From: Spirulina sp.
Lineage (GTDB): Bacteria; Cyanobacteriota; Cyanobacteriia; Phormidesmidales; Phormidesmidaceae
Assembly (NCBI GenBank): GCA_044070495.1
Contig: JBIPSI010000011.1
Coordinates: 64,001 to 128,000 of the forward strand
DNA: 64,000 bases
Direction of reading: 5' to 3'
Part shown: in pieces, positions 19,841 to 29,810 of the stretch
How the letters are laid out: the number at the start of each line of letters is the position of its first letter
Numbering within the stretch: the first letter of the stretch is position 1
Translations under genes and position numbers: made by a program
Notes under the pieces: model-generated
What the model was told of the DNA's origin: nothing
Databases searched by the model: none
What the model saw: the letters and a program-made list of their open reading frames with translations, nothing else

Positions 19841-22800
19841 GTGGGGAGATGGAGGATTGGTATCCGTCGCCCCTGGGAGAAACCCCTTATTCTTGGGCAT
19901 GATGACAGTAGTCATGGTTTCCCGTTCAACCCTAACGTCTTGCGCCAACCGTCCGTGGGTATTTATCGCGATTTCAATACCTTTAACGACTCCCAGATGG
20001 GCTATCAGCGGTTAATGGACAGCCTGCCGGGGATTGTTTTTCAGGCGGCTAACGATGCCGATTGGCCCATGCGGTACCTCAGTGCGGGGTGTGAGCAATT
20101 GACGGGCTACTCGGCCCAGGAGTTGATAGGGGACGAGGGCGGCATCAACTATACCCAAATCACCCACCCCGAGGACTTGGATCGGGTGTTAATGACGATC
20201 CGCCGCAGCATAGCAACGCATCGCACTTACGAGGTGGAGTATCGCCTGTTAACCCGTGAGGGGGGCGAAAAATGGGTATGGGAGAAGGGGACGGCCATCA
20301 CCGATGCAGAGGGCCAGGTGACGGGCCTAGAGGGGTTTATCACCGATATCACCCCCCTCAAGCAGTCGGAGGCGGCCCTACGTGCCGTTGAGCAAGCCCT
20401 GAGAAATCGGGAAGCCTTTCTGCAACTGGTGCTGGATAGTATTCCTCAGCCCGTGTTTTGGAAAGATCGCCAGAGCCGCTTCCTGGGCTGTAACCGGGCC
20501 TTTGCCGAGGTGATGGGGTTGCCCAACCCCCCGGCCATTGTGGGCAAAACCGACGCCGACCTCAGTGCTATCAGTGCTGAGGATGTGGCCTACTACTGGG
20601 CCTGCGACCAACTGGTGATGAGCCGCAACCAGCCCGATCTTAATGCCCTAGAACCCCAGCGCTATGCCGATGGTCAGCGACGCTGGATCAACTGTAGCCG
20701 CCTACCGATGCACAATGCCCAGGGCGAGGTGATCGGCATCCTCAGCATCTTTTCCGACATTACCGATCAACTGCTGGCCCACCAAGCGCTGAAAAACCGC
20801 GAAGTCTATCTAGCTACGGTGTCGGCCCTTCAGCATCAGTTGATGTCTTGGCGGTGGGATTGGGCCGATCCCAACCTGATGTCGGTGTTTGCCACCCTAG
20901 GGAAAATATCCGGGGCCAGTCGGGTCTATTGCTACGAACTGTTCCAGGGCGAGGCGGGGCAGTTGTTGCTGCGGCAACGGTTTGAATGGTCGGCCCCGGA
21001 TATTGCAGGCACCATACACATTCCAGAATTTCAGGTGATGCCGGTGATACCGCTGTTTGAGGACTGGTATCACCAGCTCGCCCAGGGGCAGACCATCAAC
21101 CTCACCCAGGATCGGTTTTCGGAGATGCAGTACCAGGCGCTCTCCCTGCCCCCCAGCAATGTGAAGTCCCTGCTGCTGCTGCCCATCACCATTCAAGGTC
21201 AGTTGCAGGGGGTAATGGGCTTTAGCCAATGCCTGATCGCCCAAGTCTGGGAGCAGGCGGAAATTGATCTGCTTCAGGTGGTCACCGCCGACATTGCCCT
21301 TTCCCTAGAGCGGCAGCAGGCCGAGCAGGCCCTGCGGGAGGCGGAAGCCAAGTACCGTAGCATCTTTGAAAATGCGGTGGAGGGAATTTTTCAAAGCACC
21401 CTGGCAGGGCAATACCTCACGGCTAACCCCATGCTGGCCCAGATCTACGGCTACGACTCCGTTGAGGAGTTGATGACCCGCCTCACCGACATTGACCACC
21501 AGCTCTATGTGGATCCCCGCCGTCGTCAGGACTTTATTGAGGCGATGGCTACCACCGGATCGGTGATCGGCTTTGAGTCGGAGGTGTACCGCAAGGATGG
21601 CCACATCATTTGGATCTCCGAGTCGGCCAGGTCTATCTACGACGATCAGGGACTCATCATTGGCTACGAAGGCACCGTAGAGGACATCACCGAGCGTAAG
21701 CAGGGAGAGGTGGAACTGCGGCGTCGGGATCGCCTGTTGCAGGGGGTCGCCCAGGCCAGCCACTGCTTGCTGACTGCCACCCAACTGGATGCGGTGATCC
21801 CAGAGGTGCTGGCGATTTTGGGAGAAGCTGCCAATACGGATCGAGCCTACCTCTACGAGCATCATCCCCAGTCGGAATCCGGGGCTGTGGCCATGAGTAT
21901 GCGCTACGAGTGGACGAGACCAGGCATTACCCCCACCATTGCCCAAGCCCACTGGCAGGATCAATCCTACGACGCCCTGGGCCTCCAGCGCTGGTATGCG
22001 GCCTTTCTGGCGCACCAGCCCGTACGCGGCCTAGTGCGCCATTTTCCTCCCCACGAGCAGGAACTCCTCGGACGCGACGACATTCTCTCGATTTTGATGG
22101 TGCCGATTTTCATCGACCAAGACCTGTGGGGCTACATCGGCTTCGATGCCTGCCTCAGCGAGTGGGAATGGAGCACCAGCGACGAATCGATTTTGGTGGC
22201 GGTGGCGGCCAGCCTGGGCGGTCTGCTCAAGCGTCAGCGCACCGAACAGGAAATGTACTACCAGGCCTACCACGACACCCTCACCGGCCTGCCCAACCGC
22301 ACCTTTTTTGATCAGCACCTCCCGGAAGCGCTCAAACAGGCTCGCCACAGCGATCAAATGCTAGCGGTGATGTTTCTCGATCTGGATCGCTTCAAAACCA
22401 TCAACGATACCCTCAGCCATGCCGTGGGCGATCTGCTGTTGCAGCAAGTGACTCAGCGCATTGCCAAGAGCTTGCGGGTGGGGGATATTGTGTCCCGTTG
22501 GGGTGGCGATGAGTTCACCCTGATTTTGCCCAACATCACCAGCCCTGACGACTGCGCCAAGGTGGCCCAGCGCATTGCCCAACACCTGCGGGAACCCTTT
22601 CTGCTCCAGGGCCACGAGCTGTACATCACCACCAGCATTGGCATCGCCCTCTACCCCCACGACGGCAACGAGATGAGCGTGCTGCTGCAAAACGCCGATG
22701 CCGCCATGTATCGCGCCAAGGAGCAGGGCCGCAACACCTACCAGTTCTATACCCAGTCCCTCAGTACCGAGGTTAGCCAGCGGCTCCAGCTTGAAAGCTA

Positions 22801-23596
22801 CCTGCACCACGCCCTAGAACGCCAGGAACTGCGGCTGCACTACCAGCCCCAGGTGGATCTGACCACCGGAACCGTGGTGCAAATGGAGGCCCTACTGCGC
22901 TGGCAGCACCCCAACCTCGGCCTAATCAGTCCCCCTGCCTTCATTCCCCTGGCCGAGGAAACCGGACTGATAATTCCCATCGGGGAATGGGTGCTGCAAA
23001 CCGCCTGCCACCAAGTGATGGTCTGGCGACAGCGGCTAGGTCGTCCCCTACGCATCGCCGTCAACCTCTCAGCACGGCAGCTTCAGCATCCTGACTTGGT
23101 TGCCTTTGTGGCCAAGGTGCTCGCAGAAACGGGCCTACCCGCCCAGGATTTGGAGCTAGAAATCACCGAAACCGTTGCCATGACTGACGTTGACGCCTCG
23201 ATTCACCGTTTGCAGACCCTAGGGAAATTGGGGGTGCGCATTTCCATGGACGACTTCGGCACCGGCTATTCCTGCCTCAGCTACCTGAAGCAACTGCCCC
23301 TCAACGGCCTCAAAATCGACCGTGCCTTTGTCAAAGAGTTGCCCACCAACGCTGCCGACCAAGCCATGGTGCAGGCGATCACCGCCATGGCCCAGGGGTT
23401 GGGTCTCAGCGTGGTGGCCGAGGGGGTAGAAACCCTAGAGCAAATGGCCCACCTCAGCCACTACCACTGCCTTGCCATGCAGGGATACCTGCTGGGCAAG
23501 CCCCTACCTGCCGTCGCCGCTACCCATTACTTAACCCATCGTTACGATTACCTCACCCGTCCTTTGCCTCTATCCTGCGCCCCAAGGGCGTCCTAG
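19841..23596 (+). CDS. PAS/GAF sensor diguanylate cyclase/phosphodiesterase (true start may be ~19997)
   Basis: Three PAS and two GAF segments; intact GGDEF with RxxD I-site; EAL and DDFGTGYS. Confidence 0.95.
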   Translation: MGRWRIGIRRPWEKPLILGHDDSSHGFPFNPNVLRQPSVGIYRDFNTFNDSQMGYQRLMDSLPGIVFQAANDADWPMRYLSAGCEQLTGYSAQELIGDEGGINYTQITHPEDLDRVLMTIRRSIATHRTYEVEYRLLTREGGEKWVWEKGTAITDAEGQVTGLEGFITDITPLKQSEAALRAVEQALRNREAFLQLVLDSIPQPVFWKDRQSRFLGCNRAFAEVMGLPNPPAIVGKTDADLSAISAEDVAYYWACDQLVMSRNQPDLNALEPQRYADGQRRWINCSRLPMHNAQGEVIGILSIFSDITDQLLAHQALKNREVYLATVSALQHQLMSWRWDWADPNLMSVFATLGKISGASRVYCYELFQGEAGQLLLRQRFEWSAPDIAGTIHIPEFQVMPVIPLFEDWYHQLAQGQTINLTQDRFSEMQYQALSLPPSNVKSLLLLPITIQGQLQGVMGFSQCLIAQVWEQAEIDLLQVVTADIALSLERQQAEQALREAEAKYRSIFENAVEGIFQSTLAGQYLTANPMLAQIYGYDSVEELMTRLTDIDHQLYVDPRRRQDFIEAMATTGSVIGFESEVYRKDGHIIWISESARSIYDDQGLIIGYEGTVEDITERKQGEVELRRRDRLLQGVAQASHCLLTATQLDAVIPEVLAILGEAANTDRAYLYEHHPQSESGAVAMSMRYEWTRPGITPTIAQAHWQDQSYDALGLQRWYAAFLAHQPVRGLVRHFPPHEQELLGRDDILSILMVPIFIDQDLWGYIGFDACLSEWEWSTSDESILVAVAASLGGLLKRQRTEQEMYYQAYHDTLTGLPNRTFFDQHLPEALKQARHSDQMLAVMFLDLDRFKTINDTLSHAVGDLLLQQVTQRIAKSLRVGDIVSRWGGDEFTLILPNITSPDDCAKVAQRIAQHLREPFLLQGHELYITTSIGIALYPHDGNEMSVLLQNADAAMYRAKEQGRNTYQFYTQSLSTEVSQRLQLESYLHHALERQELRLHYQPQVDLTTGTVVQMEALLRWQHPNLGLISPPAFIPLAEETGLIIPIGEWVLQTACHQVMVWRQRLGRPLRIAVNLSARQLQHPDLVAFVAKVLAETGLPAQDLELEITETVAMTDVDASIHRLQTLGKLGVRISMDDFGTGYSCLSYLKQLPLNGLKIDRAFVKELPTNAADQAMVQAITAMAQGLGLSVVAEGVETLEQMAHLSHYHCLAMQGYLLGKPLPAVAATHYLTHRYDYLTRPLPLSCAPRAS

Positions 23597-23667
23597 CCTA
23601 GGTTCTGGCCTTTGCCCCCAGCCCCCCTCATCAAGCCTCACTCCTATATCAGTGAAGAATTATTGAG

Positions 23668-23681
23668 GTATCACAAGTTAC
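23668..23681. promoter_or_regulatory. NtcA consensus box
   Basis: GTA-TCACAAGT-TAC, a perfect GTAN8TAC 65 nt upstream of ATG 23747. Confidence 0.55.
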
Positions 23682-23746
23682 ACGGTCTTCCTTGGGAACA
23701 TTGAAGGATGTAGAGGCCAGGGTTGCGAACGCACCCTTAACACCCC

Positions 23747-24214
23747 ATGAACAACGCACTCCTTGAGGCTATTCAAAAATCCGATGGTCGCTACCTGAAC
23801 GACCAGGAACTACGACCCTTCGATGAGATTGCTGAAGCCTTCCAGGCGCGCATCACCGGATATTTGTACATCAAAGAGCACAGCAAGGAACTGGTAATCA
23901 ACGCCCTGCGGCGGCTGATTCAAACCCCCCATCGGCAAGTCGTGCAGGAGCATGGGGCGCAGTGCCAGCGGGATATGATGTACACCCTGGAATACATCGC
24001 CAAGGGGCTGTTGCTGCGGGATGAAGACGGCTTCATGGAAGAGTATCTGGTGTGGATGCAGAACATCATCCGCGCCTTCCACCGCCAAGATGCCTGCGTG
24101 GTAGCCTACAAATTACTGAAGGAAGAGGTGCGTAGTTCCATGCCTGGTGATCAGTGTAATATGGTCGTGCTCTACCTGGAAAAACTGATCGAAGCCCTCG
24201 ATACAGGCATCTAG
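23747..24214 (+). CDS. Phycobiliprotein-like globin-fold protein
   Basis: SDGRYL.DQEL N-terminus and CQRD matching the bilin-binding CxRD motif. Confidence 0.75.
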   Translation: MNNALLEAIQKSDGRYLNDQELRPFDEIAEAFQARITGYLYIKEHSKELVINALRRLIQTPHRQVVQEHGAQCQRDMMYTLEYIAKGLLLRDEDGFMEEYLVWMQNIIRAFHRQDACVVAYKLLKEEVRSSMPGDQCNMVVLYLEKLIEALDTGI

Positions 24215-24670
24215 TCAGGTATAAAAAGAACCCATGACTCTCCTGATAAATCCGTAGCGATCCCCATGGAGTGCTCGGCCATCACCCACCGCATCGCCGC
24301 AACCTCAGTGGATGCCGCTAGGTCAGGGGAATCATGCCAATACACGGTAGGGGCGATGAGACCTCGCCCCTGTGAACCGTGGGCAAGCCATCAGACTTGA
24401 GTAAGCGCATCCCCGACTCCGATAAATTCGAGGGGGGGAGGTGCTTTTGTGGCCTAGCGTTATGCAAACTTATGTAGGGAAATGCCCAGAAACCCTGATC
24501 GCCGCCTACAGTTAAACCATGTCCCTAAATCCTTGGTGTCGAGGCTGACCCCAGGGGCAATGGATTACTAACGACGACCAGCGTAGCACCCTTCCCAAAT
24601 CCTGGGATTTACAACTGGTGTTCTAGGGGCCGTTCCAGGTCGTTATCCCTCACCACAGGTAGATGCCACC

Positions 24671-24856
24671 ATGGGAAAATCACGCATGAGTTCCCGCCAG
24701 CGATCCTACGAAGCGGATCTGATTAATCGGCTTTCCGATAACTATCAGATCAATCAAGCCCAAAAGCGTATGAATGTTTGGGGCTCGCGGGATCGAGATA
24801 TCATCGACCAACAACTGAGTTCTCGCACGAAAAACCGCCTAAGAAATAGCTATTAA
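24671..24856 (+). CDS. Small basic hypothetical protein (61 aa)
   Basis: Clean ATG-TAA ORF with AGGT upstream, in an otherwise empty intergenic gap. Confidence 0.5.
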   Translation: MGKSRMSSRQRSYEADLINRLSDNYQINQAQKRMNVWGSRDRDIIDQQLSSRTKNRLRNSY

Positions 24857-24858
24857 TA

Positions 24859-24937
24859 TGGGATAAATTAGCATGGAATAGATTAGTGTGGGATAGATTA
24901 GCAACTCGCAATCCATTCGATACCTAAATCCATTCGA
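24859..24937. repeat. 15-bp tandem repeat x3 followed by AATCCATTCGA x2
   Basis: TGGGATAAATTAGCA/TGGAATAGATTAGTG/TGGGATAGATTAGCA; AATCCATTCGA at 24910 and 24927. Confidence 0.7.
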
Positions 24938-24974
24938 CTCCTAGGAAACGCGGCTTCAGCCCTGGGATAGCGCC

Positions 24975-27737
24975 ATGCAAATTTTATCCGTTAGCCTCCA
25001 AAGTTTCAAAGCTCACCAAGATCGGTTCTTTGAGTTTCAGCCTGGTACCAATGCTATCTGTGGCGAGAACGGAGCCGGGAAAACCAGCATTTTGGAGGCC
25101 ATCGCCTGGGTATTGTTCAACTACCAGGGCGACTATGCCAAGGAAGACCTGATTCGCAACGGCAGCAGCAGCGCCCAGGTGACGGTGGCCTTTGTGTCTA
25201 ACTTCGACAGCCGCACCTACACCGTGCAGCGCTGCACCCAAAAGGGTTACCTCCTGTTTGATCCCCAGCGGAATGAACGGCTTCCCTACACGCGTCTTAA
25301 GGACGAGGTGTTGCCCTGGCTGCGGCAGCATTTGGGGGTGAGCCCGACGACCAACCTGCCTCAATTATTTGCGCGTACGGTGGGCGTTCCCCAGGGCACC
25401 TTTACGGCAGACTTTTTACAAACCGCCGAGCAGCGCAAGGCCGTTTTTGATGCCATCCTCAAGGTGGAGGAGTATAAGCAGGCCTACAAACAAATGAATA
25501 CCCTGCGCCGCTATGCCGAGGATCAGGTGGAGCAGGTGAAGCGCCAGATTCAGCAGTACGAGGAATCCCTGACCCAGTGGGAGGAACTGGCCCAACGTCA
25601 GCAGGGATTGACCCAGGATATCCAGACCGCCGAGCAGCGATTGACCGGGCTACAGCAGGATCTCCAAGGGCTTCAGGCCGAGCGGGACGCGGTGAAGGCC
25701 CAAGCCCAGCAGGTGCAAGCCCTCAGCCAACAGCGACAGACCATTGCCCTCCAGCGGCAAACCAAGGAAAAGGAGTTGGCGCGACTTCAGGGATTGGTGC
25801 AGCAGGCCCAGCAGGCGGTGGAGATTTGTACGGCCAATCGCACGGCCTACGAGGGCTACCAGGCCGCCGAAAAAGCCCTGGTGGAACTGAACCAGCGCCA
25901 AGGTCAGCGCCAAACCCTGCAACGCCGTTACCAAACCCTGCAAACCACCTACGGCCAAAAACAGGCAGAACTAGCCCGCTGGCAAACCCAGATTGAGGCT
26001 TTGGATCAAACCGCCCGTGAGTTGGAAGCCCTAAAACCTCTGGTAGCCGAGCAGGATCAAATCGAAGCCCAACAGCGAGACTACCAGGCCCAGCGGGATC
26101 AGCTTCAGGCGGTGGAGGCCCAGATTCAGGCCCTTCAACAGCAGCAAAAGCACTTGGAACAGCAGCAGCGCCAGGTGACCCAGACTCAGACCCGATTGGC
26201 CCAGCTTCGGCCTGCGGTGAGTGAGATTGCTGGACTAGAGGAACAGCGGGATCGCCTGCAACAGCACCTCAGCCGCCTTGCCGCCGCCCGTCAGTTTGAG
26301 GCGGATATTCAAACCCTCGTGGCCCACAGCCGCCAGCAGCAACAGGCCCAGGCGGGGGATATTCAAGACATTTTGGCGGAATTTGAGACGCTAATTCGCA
26401 GTGTGCCGCTGATTTCTGGAGAAACCGTCCACAAGCTGCAAACGGCTCTGCAAAATGCCTCAGATCTCCATGGCGAACTGCTATCTGCCCTGGATGGCAT
26501 TCTGCGAGACCTGGCCGACCAAACCGACGAAGCCAGCCTTAAGATCAGTCTAAAAGGGCTAACCAACGATCTGCAAAAGCGCTACGGTTGGCGGGCCGAA
26601 CTGGATCAGGAGGAAGTCCTCAATACCCAAGCCGATCAATTGCAGCGGGAACAGACGACCCTGACCGAGCAAATCGCCACCCTCACCCAGCAGTTGGCAC
26701 AACGGGCTACGGTAGACGCCGCGCTACAAAATCTCGCTAAGGATCTAGAAGCCATCGGCCATCCCCGCCAGAAGCAGGCCATTTTGCAGCGCACCTTGCA
26801 AGATCGGGCCAAGGTCGAAAAAACCTGTGCCGAATTAACCGCTCAGCAGCAGACCATGACCCAGCAAATGGCCGATCTGGCCGCGCAACTGGAGGCGTTT
26901 CAGTCCCTAGAGGCCGACATTGCCGCCCAGCAAGCCCAGCGCAGCACCTACCAAGCCCCCTACGAGCAATACCTCCGCAACCGCGACCAGGCCAACCAGT
27001 GCACCCCTCTGAAGCGAGACCTGGGCACCACCGAAACCGATTTGGAACAGCTCGAAGCCCAGCGCCTAGACCTCGAAACCCGCTACGCCGAAGCCATCGC
27101 CACCTACGACCCCGCCCAGGCCGAAGCCCTGGAAACCCGCTACGCCACCCTAAAAACCGAGGCCGACCAACTGGCGGGGAGTCTACCCCAGCAGCGTCAA
27201 CGTCTAGCGGACTTAGATCAACAACTGGCGGGCCTTGCTACCCTGGCCGAAAAACGGGATGCCGCCCAGGCAGACCTCAAGGCTAAGGAAAAAATCAAGC
27301 GCTTTGTCAACTTTGCCCGCAAGGCTTACAACGAAGCTGGCCCCCGCATCACCGAGCAGTACGTCCGCAGCATTTCGGTGCAGGCGGATCGGCTGTTTCG
27401 GGAATTACTCAACCGCCCCGATGTGGCCCTGGAATGGAGCCGTGACTACGACATTCTGGTGCAGGATGGCCCCCACCAGCGGCGGTTTGTGAACCTCTCT
27501 GGGGGCGAACAAATGTGTGCCGCCCTAGCCGTTCGCCTTGCCCTGCTGAAGGTGCTGGCCGACATCGACATCGCCTTTTTTGACGAACCCACCACCAACA
27601 TGGATAAACCCCGCCGCCAGGGCCTCGCGGAAGCCATCAGCCGGATTAAATCCTTCAAGCAACTGTTCGTGATCAGCCACGACGACACCTTTGAAAGCAT
27701 CACCGAAAACGTCATCCTGGTAGAACGAGAAGCCTAA
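24975..27737 (+). CDS. sbcC: SbcC/Rad50-like SMC ATPase
   Basis: GENGAGKTS, long coiled coil, LSGGEQ, FFDEPT, ISHD. Confidence 0.9.
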   Translation: MQILSVSLQSFKAHQDRFFEFQPGTNAICGENGAGKTSILEAIAWVLFNYQGDYAKEDLIRNGSSSAQVTVAFVSNFDSRTYTVQRCTQKGYLLFDPQRNERLPYTRLKDEVLPWLRQHLGVSPTTNLPQLFARTVGVPQGTFTADFLQTAEQRKAVFDAILKVEEYKQAYKQMNTLRRYAEDQVEQVKRQIQQYEESLTQWEELAQRQQGLTQDIQTAEQRLTGLQQDLQGLQAERDAVKAQAQQVQALSQQRQTIALQRQTKEKELARLQGLVQQAQQAVEICTANRTAYEGYQAAEKALVELNQRQGQRQTLQRRYQTLQTTYGQKQAELARWQTQIEALDQTARELEALKPLVAEQDQIEAQQRDYQAQRDQLQAVEAQIQALQQQQKHLEQQQRQVTQTQTRLAQLRPAVSEIAGLEEQRDRLQQHLSRLAAARQFEADIQTLVAHSRQQQQAQAGDIQDILAEFETLIRSVPLISGETVHKLQTALQNASDLHGELLSALDGILRDLADQTDEASLKISLKGLTNDLQKRYGWRAELDQEEVLNTQADQLQREQTTLTEQIATLTQQLAQRATVDAALQNLAKDLEAIGHPRQKQAILQRTLQDRAKVEKTCAELTAQQQTMTQQMADLAAQLEAFQSLEADIAAQQAQRSTYQAPYEQYLRNRDQANQCTPLKRDLGTTETDLEQLEAQRLDLETRYAEAIATYDPAQAEALETRYATLKTEADQLAGSLPQQRQRLADLDQQLAGLATLAEKRDAAQADLKAKEKIKRFVNFARKAYNEAGPRITEQYVRSISVQADRLFRELLNRPDVALEWSRDYDILVQDGPHQRRFVNLSGGEQMCAALAVRLALLKVLADIDIAFFDEPTTNMDKPRRQGLAEAISRIKSFKQLFVISHDDTFESITENVILVEREA

Positions 27738-27826
27738 TACCCAATTCGATTTAGAAAACTCCAATTTCCGACTCGACAAACCGTAGGGGCGAGGTCTCCT
27801 CGTCCATCAATATTGGAGATCAGCAA

Positions 27827-27956
27827 CGGGTTGATTGATAAATCTGACTAGAACCCAGATCCATCAAAGGGTTAGGAGACCTGACTCCCACATTATTCAA
27901 AAGCTGTAGGGGCGAGGTCTCCTCGCCCGACGCAGAATCTTTTGTTAGTCAACCAA
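27827..27956. mobile_element. Degenerate 130-bp MITE (same family as 40614-40743)
   Basis: CGGGTTGATTGATAAA...TTTGTTAGTCAACCAA ends; same internal REP pair and same length; flanked by CAGCAA on both sides. Confidence 0.75.
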
Positions 27957-27992
27957 CAGCAAACCAGATTCAGGATAGAAAGCGAGAAGCCC

Positions 27993-28019
27993 AAAAAAAA
28001 GACCCAGCATGGCTGGGTC
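27993..28019 (-). terminator. Rho-independent terminator
   Basis: GACCCAGC-CAT-GCTGGGTC followed by T8 on the minus strand. Confidence 0.85.
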
Positions 28020-28074
28020 GTTCATTCACTGTTGGGAGACAATCCCTAGAGAAAGAGGAGAGTTGAGGCGGAAT

Positions 28075-28302
28075 CTAGCTCAGGTTGCCGCTGGAGAAGG
28101 CATCGCCAGAGTAGGCGGGCACCCGGTCAGAAAAATCGGTGGCTTGGCCAGTCACGCTCTGGGCTAATTGGTCGAAGGACTTGGAATTCCAGTTGCGCTC
28201 GTGGATAGGCTTGGTTTGCTCGCCCCGGAAGTAGGCTTGGCTACCGATTAGCGCCACAGCAACCCAGCCGACGACAAACAGAGAAATCAGAATGGCAATC
28301 AT
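28075..28302 (-). CDS. Conserved cyanobacterial small single-TM protein (possibly Psb35-like)
   Basis: GW.A...IGSQAYFRGEQTKPIHERNW motif; AGGAGG RBS; own terminator. Confidence 0.75.
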   Translation of the reverse strand: MIAILISLFVVGWVAVALIGSQAYFRGEQTKPIHERNWNSKSFDQLAQSVTGQATDFSDRVPAYSGDAFSSGNLS

Positions 28303-28605
28303 GGAAGACCTCCTAAATGGTTCACTTTGTGGAGCTTAACGCTCATGGGCAAAAGCACCGCCGATGAACCGAGAGTTGCACGATGGCGAAGGTGCGCTTG
28401 CCTTGTATGTGTACCAATGTAACGCAATAGTTACAGAATGTAAAGGTATGTTGCAATTATCGTTTTGTGGTGGTAGTGCGAATTTTGGTTCGGTTACCCC
28501 TACCCCCGCACCTATCAACGGCAGACAAAACGTAGGATCCGTTTTCGGCAACCCATAGACCGGGCAGCACTCCAATACCTCCCGTCTGTCGCAATGCACC
28601 AAGCC

Positions 28606-29592
28606 CTAACCGCCAATTTGCGACATGGTGCGGCTGTAGGCTCCGGTAACGCCGGATTCTCGCATTTTGTAGTTAATGTCGGGTTTGGCCCCCAGCAGTT
28701 CTGCCACCTGGGCGCGGAGGTCATCCAGGGACTGGCCTTGGCACAGGGGAGTTTTGAGGTCAATCTGTCCGGTTTCGTTCAGCAGACAGGGGCGCAGCCA
28801 GCCATCGGCGGAGAGGCGCATTCGGTTGCAGCGGTCGCAAAAGCATTCCGACATTTGGCTAATAAAGCCCACGGTGCCCAGTGCGCCCGGAATTTGGAAC
28901 ACATCCGCTGGGCCATTGCCCTGCACTTGCCCCTCTGTGAGTCCCCACCGTTGACGAATGCGCTGGCGCAGGGTTTCGGAATCCACCCAGCCCCGGTCTT
29001 TGAATAGATCATCATTGCCGATGGGCATGAACTCAATAAACCGCACATGCCACCGTCGATCCAGCGTGAGGGCGGCTAAATCCAGCACCTCGTGGTCGTT
29101 GACGCCGGGAATCACCACCACATTCAGCTTCAGCGGAGAAAATCCCACTTGGTGCGCCGCCTGAATTCCGGCCCACACCTCTGGCCAGCGGGATCGCCCC
29201 CGCCCCCCCACAATCTGCTGAAACACGTCCGGGTCAAGGGAATCGAGGCTGATGTTGATCCGCCGCAGCCCCGCATCCCACAAATCCTGAGCCAGGTTAC
29301 TCAGCAAAAAGGCGTTGGTGGTGATGGCCAAATCCTGGGTGCCAGGGAGGTGGGTAATATCGCGCACAATATCCACCACATCGGGCCGCAGCAATGGTTC
29401 CCCCCCCGTGAGCCGAAACCGCGAAAACCCCAGCGGCATAAAGATTTCGGTGAGCAACCGCCGCAGTTCCCCACGGGTGAGCCAGTCCTGCTGCTGCACG
29501 TACTGAAGGTCGATGCCCTCCGGCATACAGTAGGTGCACTGGAAATTGCAGCGGTCGATTAGGCTGATGCGGAGGTAGTCGATGGTGGGCAT
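28606..29592 (-). CDS. moaA: GTP 3',8-cyclase MoaA
   Basis: [35 protein letters not shown] and C-terminal IGG. Confidence 0.97.
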   Translation of the reverse strand: MPTIDYLRISLIDRCNFQCTYCMPEGIDLQYVQQQDWLTRGELRRLLTEIFMPLGFSRFRLTGGEPLLRPDVVDIVRDITHLPGTQDLAITTNAFLLSNLAQDLWDAGLRRINISLDSLDPDVFQQIVGGRGRSRWPEVWAGIQAAHQVGFSPLKLNVVVIPGVNDHEVLDLAALTLDRRWHVRFIEFMPIGNDDLFKDRGWVDSETLRQRIRQRWGLTEGQVQGNGPADVFQIPGALGTVGFISQMSECFCDRCNRMRLSADGWLRPCLLNETGQIDLKTPLCQGQSLDDLRAQVAELLGAKPDINYKMRESGVTGAYSRTMSQIGG

Positions 29593-29599
29593 GGAGGGG

Positions 29600-29634
29600 A
29601 TTGGTTATTTGGTTATTGGTTATTGGTTATTGGC
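29600..29634. repeat. Heptamer tandem repeat (STRR-like, TTGGTTA)
   Basis: TTGGTTA x4 plus a partial copy. Confidence 0.8.
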
Positions 29635-29810
29635 TGGCACTCCTCGCCCAGTGGGAGAAGGGTTGGGGGTGAGGCCGAGGGACTTGGGGGTGAAGGCCAA
29701 GGATTAACGGTTTTAGTTTAGCAACAAGCAAGTTTCGTAAGTTGGTGCGGGGTGAACCAAATCCTGGAAACCTGGAATAATCACCCTAGGACGTTGGCGG
29801 TAGGGGATCT

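Noticed and set aside
19590..19990. c-di-GMP riboswitch upstream of the GGDEF-EAL gene
   Set aside because: No GEMM-type consensus recognisable
24859..24937. Possible mini-CRISPR
   Set aside because: Repeats are adjacent without unique spacers, too short, and no cas genes are nearby
28418..28435. TGTAAC-N6-GTTACA palindrome as an NtcA site
   Set aside because: Spacing is GTA-N10-TAC rather than N8
29600..29634. Heptamer repeat as a special locus
   Set aside because: Ordinary cyanobacterial STRR-type repeat
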